Below the pieces are notes generated by a model. It was not told the DNA's origin, did no database searches, and was given only the letters and a program-made list of their open reading frames with translations. The position numbers and the translations under genes were made by a program. Positions 26,618 to 32,182 of a DNA stretch of 32,182 bases are shown piece after piece. This stretch comes from an uncultured Bacilli bacterium (GTDB lineage Bacteria; Bacillota_I; Bacilli_A; RF39; UBA660), in the NCBI GenBank assembly GCA_944331885.1, contig CALVJF010000001.1, positions 1 through 32,182 of the forward strand. Direction: 5' to 3'. Position 1 is the stretch's first letter. Each line of letters opens with the position of its first letter.

Positions 26618-28246
26618 ATGCAAACAGCTTTTGTTTTTGGACATAAAAAACCAGATACGGATTCAGTATGTGCAAGTATTAGTTTGTCATATTTAAAAAA
26701 TGCTTTAGGAATGAATACACAACCTAGGGTTTTAGGAAATATTAATAATGAGACTAAATTTGTATTGAATTATTTTGGTGTTAATGAGCCTACATATTTA
26801 AATGATGTTAAAGTTCAAATAAGAAATATGAATTATAATAAAAAAGCTATTCTTAACCAAGATGTTTCGATTGAAGAGGCTTTTAGAAAATTACATGATT
26901 TAAATGTAACAGGTATTCCTTTAATAGATGATAAAAGAAAGTTAGTTGGATATGTCAATTTAAAGGAAATAGCTAAATTTTTAATAGAAGGTAAAGTCAC
27001 GCGTTTAAATACTTCATATGATAATATTTTAAAAGTATTAGATGCTAAGGAAATATTACGCTTTGATGAAGAGATTAATGGTACTATTATGGCTGCTACA
27101 TATAAGGTAAACTCTTTTACAGAAAAGATTAATTTGGAAAATAAGCATATTTTAATTGTTGGAGATCGTTATCAAATATTGGAGCATGCAATTAATAAAA
27201 AAGTTAAAATGATAATTTTAGTAGGTAATAATATTTTATCAGATGAGCTTGTATCTTTAGCTACTGCAAATAAGGTTAATGTAATTTCAACGCCTTTTTA
27301 TTCCTATAAAACTTCTAATAAAATAAGACTTGCTAATTATATTAAAAGTGTAGAAATCAATAAAAATCCAATTAAGTTTAGTTTAACTGATTATCGTAAT
27401 GATTTTTTAGATACTACTAATAAATATGGTCATACAAATTATCCTGTTGTTAAAAAGAATGACGAGTGCGTAGGAATGGTTCGATTAATTGATGCCAATG
27501 ACTATGAGAAAAAACAAGTAATTTTAGTTGATCATAACCAAAGTGCACAGAGTGTTGATGGTTTGGAAGAAGCCGAAATATTAGAAATAGTAGATCATCA
27601 TAATTTAGGTACTATTGGAACAAATACCCCAATTAATTTTAGAGCTATGCCGGTTGGGTGTACATGTACTTTGATTTATAAACTATTTAAAGAATCATAC
27701 GTAATGATTCCAAAGCATATTGCTGGTTTAATGTTAGGGGCAATATTATCAGATACATTATTATTTAAATCACCAACTACTACTGAATTAGATAAGCAAG
27801 TTGCTGAAAAGTTGGCATTAATAGCTGATGTAGATATTGAAAAGTTTGGTATGGCAATGTTTAAAGCTGGATCTTCTGTTAAAGGAATGACTTGTGATCA
27901 AATATTTAATCAAGATTTTAAAACATTTAAAGTTAATGATTCTAATATTGGTATTTCTCAAGTAATGACTATGGATTTTGAAGAAATTGAAAAAGATAAA
28001 GATAAGTTTATTGCTATTTTAAATAATTTAACTGAAAACTTAGGGTATAGTGTAAGCTTATTATTTGTTACCGATATTATAAAAAATGGTTCTTATATGT
28101 TTTACAATGAAAAAGCTGAAAGTATTGTTAGCGAAGCTTATGAAATTGATAAAATTAACCAAGGAGTATATATAGATGGTATGGTATCAAGAAAGAAACA
28201 AATGTTACCATCTTTATTAGATTATTTGGAAAGAAAAGGAAATTAA
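26618..28246 (+). CDS. ppaC: CBS-domain-containing family II (DHH-DHHA2) inorganic pyrophosphatase
   Basis: DHH motifs are present (GHKKPDTDS, LVDHNQ, IVDHHNLG), along with the DHHA2 motif ILSDTLLFKSPTTT. A ~250-aa insert holds CBS-like segments and a GDRYQ...IILVGNN (DRTGG-like) module. AAAGGTGGG precedes ATG 26618. Confidence 0.88.
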   Translation: MQTAFVFGHKKPDTDSVCASISLSYLKNALGMNTQPRVLGNINNETKFVLNYFGVNEPTYLNDVKVQIRNMNYNKKAILNQDVSIEEAFRKLHDLNVTGIPLIDDKRKLVGYVNLKEIAKFLIEGKVTRLNTSYDNILKVLDAKEILRFDEEINGTIMAATYKVNSFTEKINLENKHILIVGDRYQILEHAINKKVKMIILVGNNILSDELVSLATANKVNVISTPFYSYKTSNKIRLANYIKSVEINKNPIKFSLTDYRNDFLDTTNKYGHTNYPVVKKNDECVGMVRLIDANDYEKKQVILVDHNQSAQSVDGLEEAEILEIVDHHNLGTIGTNTPINFRAMPVGCTCTLIYKLFKESYVMIPKHIAGLMLGAILSDTLLFKSPTTTELDKQVAEKLALIADVDIEKFGMAMFKAGSSVKGMTCDQIFNQDFKTFKVNDSNIGISQVMTMDFEEIEKDKDKFIAILNNLTENLGYSVSLLFVTDIIKNGSYMFYNEKAESIVSEAYEIDKINQGVYIDGMVSRKKQMLPSLLDYLERKGN

Positions 28247-28267
28247 AGACGAAAGTCTTTTTTCTTT
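28245..28267 (+). terminator. Rho-independent terminator
   Basis: AAAGAC - GAAA - GTCTTT is followed by a T-rich run. Confidence 0.65.
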
Positions 28268-28278
28268 GGTTAAATTTG

Positions 28279-28287
28279 TGTTATGAT
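28279..28287 (+). promoter_or_regulatory. Extended -10 promoter (TGtTATGAT) for the SDR / 206-aa pair
   Basis: TGTTATGAT lies 15 nt upstream of ATG 28303, after the terminator at 28245-28267. Confidence 0.45.
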
Positions 28288-28302
28288 TAAGTTGGTGATA
28301 AT

Positions 28303-29055
28303 ATGAAAGCATTAATTACGGGTGCTAGTAGTGGTATTGGTAAAGATATAGCTCGTTATTTAGATAGTTTGGGGTATGATTTAGTTATTGTTGCTCGTAG
28401 AGAAGAAAGGCTTAAGGAATTAAGTAAAGAGTTGAAAAATAATGTCAGAATTATAGATTTAGATTTAGCTAAAATTGATAATGTTTATAAGTTATATGAA
28501 TTAACTAAAGATGAAAGTATAGATTTATTGGTTAATAATGCCGGCTTTGGTTTATTTGGAATGACTTATAAAACTGATTTAAATCGGGAATTAGAAATGA
28601 TAGATTTAAATATTAAGGCATTGCATATTTTAACGAAATTATTTTTAAAAGATTTTGTAGCTAAGGATAGAGGAAGAATTTTAAATGTTGCGAGTAGTGC
28701 GGGATTTATGGCAGGTCCAAGATTAAATACTTATTATGCAACTAAGAATTATGTTTTAAGATTTAGTACTGCTATTTATGAAGAATTGAAGAGAATGAAG
28801 AGTAATGTGCATATTAGTGTTTTGTGTCCGGGACCAGTAGAAACTGAGTTTAATAAAGTGGCAAAAGGTGATTTTTTAATGAAAGGTCAAAGAAGTGATG
28901 TAGTGGCCAAACGAGGAATTGATGGGTGTTTGAAAAACAAGTTAGTTATTGTTCCTTCTTTAGGAATGAAAATAGCTTTATTTTTTAATAAATTGGTACC
29001 AATGAAATTATCTTTGTATGTAACATATTTTATTCAAGAGAGGAAGAGTAAGTAA
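28303..29055 (+). CDS. Short-chain dehydrogenase/reductase (classical SDR) with a hydrophobic C-terminal tail
   Basis: The motifs TGASSGIG, NNAG, the Ser region (NVASSAG) and YYATK (YxxxK) are present, with the C-terminal tail KIALFFNKLVPMKLSLYVTYFI. Confidence 0.85.
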   Translation: MKALITGASSGIGKDIARYLDSLGYDLVIVARREERLKELSKELKNNVRIIDLDLAKIDNVYKLYELTKDESIDLLVNNAGFGLFGMTYKTDLNRELEMIDLNIKALHILTKLFLKDFVAKDRGRILNVASSAGFMAGPRLNTYYATKNYVLRFSTAIYEELKRMKSNVHISVLCPGPVETEFNKVAKGDFLMKGQRSDVVAKRGIDGCLKNKLVIVPSLGMKIALFFNKLVPMKLSLYVTYFIQERKSK

Positions 29056-29675
29056 TGTTTGATAAGTTTTTAAAAAATATGCCCGTTAGTAACTATTATG
29101 TAGGATATCGAGTAAGAAAAGACACCATATTAAAAACAGATACAGATAGTCAAGGGATTAGAAGTGATGCTTTTATACATACATATCTATCTAGTTTGTT
29201 ATTTTTATATACTAAAGATGGAGAAAAATATCATGATGTTAAATTGAAAAAATCTGTTAACGAAGTAAATGTCGATGAACTTTGTTCTTTACATCTAGAT
29301 TATGGAAATAAATATTTGAAAAGGTCTGATTATGATGACTATTCGAAAAATGATTTGTATGGTGTATATGGTATTACTAATCTAGAAGAAGTTATAAAAG
29401 CAATTAATGATGGGGATTCGCTTGTTGATAAACCAGTATTTAAATATGATGAAAATTTAGGAATAACAATGATGGAAGCAGATTTATTTTTAAAATCAAT
29501 TAATAAGTATCTTGGAGGAAATGCTGATTCGATAGAGTGTCCAATGATAGCTAAGGATGAATTAGATGATTTTAAATGTGATTTTATGACGAAACAAGAA
29601 TTTTTAAATGTAGTATCTGGTAAAAATCCATTGCAAGTAAAAGGAATTTTAAAACAACTTAAAGACGTGAATTGA
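29055..29675 (+). CDS. Hypothetical protein (206 aa) translationally coupled to the SDR
   Basis: The ATG overlaps the SDR stop codon (TAATG at 29053-29057). No motif was recognised. A bidirectional terminator follows. Confidence 0.55.
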   Translation: MFDKFLKNMPVSNYYVGYRVRKDTILKTDTDSQGIRSDAFIHTYLSSLLFLYTKDGEKYHDVKLKKSVNEVNVDELCSLHLDYGNKYLKRSDYDDYSKNDLYGVYGITNLEEVIKAINDGDSLVDKPVFKYDENLGITMMEADLFLKSINKYLGGNADSIECPMIAKDELDDFKCDFMTKQEFLNVVSGKNPLQVKGILKQLKDVN

Positions 29676-29707
29676 AAAACTAACTTTACGATTTAAAGTT
29701 AGTTTTT
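29675..29707. terminator. Bidirectional terminator between convergent genes
   Basis: AAAAACTAACTTTA - CGATT - TAAAGTTAGTTTTT forms a 14-bp perfect stem with A-run and T-run flanks. Confidence 0.8.
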
Positions 29708-30032
29708 ATTTTTTTCTAATTGCTTCACTATACCAAATAACATCATCTTTTTTAGCGTCATTTAACATAATAAAGTTGTTTAAGATACGATAAGTTTTAG
29801 GATTCATTTCTTTAATATTTAAATCTTTAATAGGAGTATCATTTTCTATACGACCAAGCAAATAATCTATTGATGTATTTAGATAGTCAGCTATTTTAAT
29901 AAGTGTTTCAATGTTAGGGTATGATTTTCCTTGTTCATAAGCACTAATTGATTCTTGTTTAATATTTAAATCTGTTGCTAGTTTTGATTGAGTAATATTT
30001 CTTTTTTGACGAATTCTTTTGAGATTTTTCAT
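29706..30032 (-). CDS. XRE-family helix-turn-helix transcriptional regulator
   Basis: The segment IRQKRNITQSKLATDLNIKQESISAYEQGKSYPNIETLIKIADYLNTSIDYLLG is a typical Cro/C1-type HTH. An AGGTGA SD and a consensus promoter lie upstream. Confidence 0.85.
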   Translation of the reverse strand: MKNLKRIRQKRNITQSKLATDLNIKQESISAYEQGKSYPNIETLIKIADYLNTSIDYLLGRIENDTPIKDLNIKEMNPKTYRILNNFIMLNDAKKDDVIWYSEAIRKK

Positions 30033-30063
30033 AAATTCACCTACTTTTATAATTTATAATTAT

Positions 30064-30092
30064 ATTATAAAATAATTAATATTTATTTGCAA
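30064..30092 (-). promoter_or_regulatory. Consensus-like promoter of the XRE regulator gene
   Basis: On the minus strand, TTGCAA (30092-30087) is followed by a 17-nt spacer and TATAAT (30069-30064). Three TTATAA(T) copies at 30047, 30054 and 30065 overlap and follow it and could act as operators. Confidence 0.55.
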
Positions 30093-30104
30093 GATGTAAA
30101 ATTG

Positions 30105-30133
30105 TTGTTTATCGAACAAAAGTATGATATAAT
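30105..30133 (+). promoter_or_regulatory. Promoter of the radical SAM gene (probably also reading into uvrA)
   Basis: TTGTTT (30105-30110) is followed by a 17-nt spacer containing TG, then TATAAT (30128-30133). The ATG lies 17 nt downstream, so the leader is very short. Confidence 0.55.
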
Positions 30134-30149
30134 TATTTTGGTGTTAATT

Positions 30150-30956
30150 ATGGAATTTAAAAAGGTTTATATTGAAATCACTAATAATTGTAATTTAAAT
30201 TGTAAATTTTGCATTGGCAATAAAAGAGAAAAGATGTTTATGGAATTAAAAGATTTTAAAATCATATTAAATAAGTTACAAGGATTTACAAGATATTTAT
30301 ATTTTCATATAATGGGCGAGCCTTTATTGCATCCACAAATAGAAGAGTTTATTAGGGAAGCTAGTGAAAATTATTTTGTAAATATTACAACTAATGGTTA
30401 CTTAATTAAAAAGATTAAAGATTGTAAAAACATTAGACAAGTAAATATTTCTTTACATTCTTTTAATGAAAATGCTAATAAGTCTTTAGATGATTATTTG
30501 AAAGATATTTTGGAAGTAAGTAATAAATTGGCTGAGGAAGGAACATTTATTTCTTTAAGAATGTGGAGTAGAAATGTAAATAAAGATATTATTATCGAAA
30601 AAATTAATAATTATTTTGGAACTAGAATAACTGGTGAGATGTCTTGTAAAATTAAAGATAATATTTTTTACGAAACGATGCAGGAATTTGTATGGCCAAG
30701 TTTAACTAATGATTTTTATAGTGAAAAAGGTACTTGTTATGGAACAAGGCATCATATAGGAATATTAGTTAATGGTGATATAGTTCCTTGTTGTTTAGAT
30801 AGCAATGGTGATGTTAAATTAGGTAATATTTACAAAGAAGAATTAAATGATATAATATGTAGCGAAAAGTTCTTAAAAATGAAAAATGGCTTTATAAGTA
30901 ATCAAAAAGTTGAAGAACTTTGTAAACATTGTGATTTTAAAAAGAATATGTTTTAA
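30150..30956 (+). CDS. Radical SAM enzyme with a C-terminal SPASM/twitch-like Cys-rich extension
   Basis: The CX3CX2C cluster motif (NNCNLNCKFC) lies 12 aa from ATG 30150. The C-terminus has CYGTRHHIGILVNGDIVPCC (CX13GX4C), then a single C, then CKHC. The track TTG start at 30087 lies upstream of the promoter at 30105-30133. Confidence 0.8.
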   Translation: MEFKKVYIEITNNCNLNCKFCIGNKREKMFMELKDFKIILNKLQGFTRYLYFHIMGEPLLHPQIEEFIREASENYFVNITTNGYLIKKIKDCKNIRQVNISLHSFNENANKSLDDYLKDILEVSNKLAEEGTFISLRMWSRNVNKDIIIEKINNYFGTRITGEMSCKIKDNIFYETMQEFVWPSLTNDFYSEKGTCYGTRHHIGILVNGDIVPCCLDSNGDVKLGNIYKEELNDIICSEKFLKMKNGFISNQKVEELCKHCDFKKNMF

Positions 30957-30997
30957 GTCTTAATTAAATGGTTAAGATAAAAGTAGTAGGTGTAATT

Positions 30998-32182
30998 ATG
31001 GATAAAATTATTATAAAAGGGGCAAGGGAAAATAATTTAAAAAATGTCGATTTGGAATTACCTAAGAATTCATTAATTGTTATGACTGGTGTTTCCGGTT
31101 CTGGAAAAAGTAGTTTGGCATTTGATACAATTTACGCTGAAGGCCAAAGAAGATATGTTGAAAGTTTATCTGCTTACGCTAGACAGTTTTTAGGGGGGAC
31201 TAGTAAACCTGATGTTGATAGTATTGAAGGATTAAGTCCTAGTATTAGTATAGATCAAAAAAGTACTAATAATAATCCGCGTAGTACAGTTGGAACTGTA
31301 ACTGAAATTTATGATTATTTACGTTTATTGTTTGCTCGTATTGGTGTACCTTATTGTCCTAATCATCATGAGCCGATTAAAAGTCAAAGTATTGAGGAAA
31401 TGACTAATAAAGTAATGGATATGCCTGAAGGGACTAAGTTAGAGATTATGGCTCCAGTTGTGAGAGGAGAAAAGGGTTCACATGTTCAAGTATTAGAAGA
31501 TTTACGTCAAAAAGGTTATAGCCGCGTTCGTGTTAATGGGGAAGTTCGTGATTTAGCTGAAGATATCAAATTAGAAAAAAATAAAAAAGATAGTATTGAA
31601 GTTGTTGTTGATAGGGTTATTGTAAAACCAGAAGAGCGAAGTAGAATTTTTGAATCAATAGAAACTAGTTGTAATTTGGCTGATGGAATGGTTTTATTAA
31701 ATGTTATTGGCGGGGAAGAATTATTAATGAGTGAAAATTATGCTTGTATTCATTGTAACTATTCTTTACCAGAATTAGAAACTAGAATGTTTTCTTTCAA
31801 TTCACCTTGGGGTGCTTGCCCTGAATGTAATGGTTTAGGTATTAAGAAAAAAATAGCGATTGATTTATTAATTCCCGATACTAGTAAAAGTATTAGTGAG
31901 GGAGGAATTGTGACTTTATCACAAGATCAAAATACAACGTATACTGAAGTGATGACGGTTGCTGAACATTATGGAATTGATTTAGATAAACCAATATGTG
32001 AATTAGAAAAAGGTAAACTTGATAAAATATTGTATGGTTCTACTGATGTTATGGATTTTAAATATGTTGCTAAAAATGGCAATATTCGTACTAAAAGTGA
32101 TTTTTATGAAGGAATAGTTAATAATTTGGAGCGCCGCTATATTGAGACTACTTCCGGTTGGATAAGAGACTGGATTGAAAAT
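30998..32182 (+). CDS. uvrA: Excinuclease ABC subunit A (N-terminal 395 codons; 3' end lies outside the window)
   Basis: This gene is not in the ORF track because it has no stop in the window. My translation from ATG 30998 gives MDKIIIKGARENNLKNVDLELPKNSLIVMTGVSGSGKSSLAFDTIYAEGQRRYVESLSAYARQFLG, and the frame stays open to nt 32182. A TAGGTG SD precedes the start. Confidence 0.93.
   Translation, partial: MDKIIIKGARENNLKNVDLELPKNSLIVMTGVSGSGKSSLAFDTIYAEGQRRYVESLSAYARQFLGGTSKPDVDSIEGLSPSISIDQKSTNNNPRSTVGTVTEIYDYLRLLFARIGVPYCPNHHEPIKSQSIEEMTNKVMDMPEGTKLEIMAPVVRGEKGSHVQVLEDLRQKGYSRVRVNGEVRDLAEDIKLEKNKKDSIEVVVDRVIVKPEERSRIFESIETSCNLADGMVLLNVIGGEELLMSENYACIHCNYSLPELETRMFSFNSPWGACPECNGLGIKKKIAIDLLIPDTSKSISEGGIVTLSQDQNTTYTEVMTVAEHYGIDLDKPICELEKGKLDKILYGSTDVMDFKYVAKNGNIRTKSDFYEGIVNNLERRYIETTSGWIRDWIEN

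Noticed and set aside
30087-30149. The N-terminal extension of the radical SAM ORF in the track (TTG start at 30087); similar TTG/GTG extensions occur at 1105, 2254, 2317, 4235, 7891, 9554, 9685, 13352, 15543, 25172 and 26606
   Set aside because: The extensions lie upstream of, or across, the predicted promoter or contain the SD itself. In each case an internal ATG with proper SD spacing gives the conserved N-terminus.
25141-30997. The block between uvrB and uvrA as a mobile genetic element or defence island
   Set aside because: There is no integrase, recombinase or transposase, no flanking direct or inverted repeats, no tRNA attachment site and no recognisable defence gene. Composition looks the same as the flanks by eye.

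Overview
This is a very AT-rich chromosomal segment (judged by eye, not computed) from a low-GC Bacillota-type bacterium. It uses the standard code: TGA acts as a stop at 1600-1602 and 29673-29675, and Trp is TGG. I support 27 protein genes, two of them cut by the window edges. The uvrA gene at 30998..>32182 is missing from the ORF track because it runs off the end. I found no rRNA, tRNA, CRISPR array, IS element, integrase or long repeat.

The backbone is housekeeping: typA/bipA, lysS, a compact clpC-like ATPase, cysS, a YugP-type Zn peptidase, alr, uvrB and uvrA. The order lysS-clpC-cysS looks like a compacted version of the origin-proximal gene order of Bacillus subtilis. Most transcription units start at extended -10 promoters (TGnTATAAT) and end at clear hairpin plus T-run terminators. 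Several ORF-track N-termini (TTG/GTG starts) therefore lie upstream of the likely promoter or Shine-Dalgarno (SD) site, and I have trimmed them.

The most interesting content:
1. A translationally coupled four-gene operon at 17638-21362: PlsC-like, FadD-like adenylating enzyme, PlsC-like, and an E2/CAT-fold acyltransferase whose catalytic His is replaced by Glu. It has its own promoter and terminator and resembles a split Aas-like or aminolipid-type acylation module with no carrier protein.
2. A LysRS with a C-terminal Trbp111/EMAP-type tRNA-binding domain.
3. A 5.8 kb non-repair insert splitting uvrB from uvrA. It includes a 467-aa orphan with a possible minimal protein-kinase-like C-terminus, a CBS-type family II pyrophosphatase, an SDR coupled to an orphan, and an XRE regulator divergent from an orphan radical SAM/SPASM-like enzyme.
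4. An MBL-fold hydrolase coupled to a KOW-only NusG-like protein.
5. A heterodimeric ABC exporter with a textbook degenerate nucleotide-binding site.

All functional calls rest on motifs read by eye. No database search was run.
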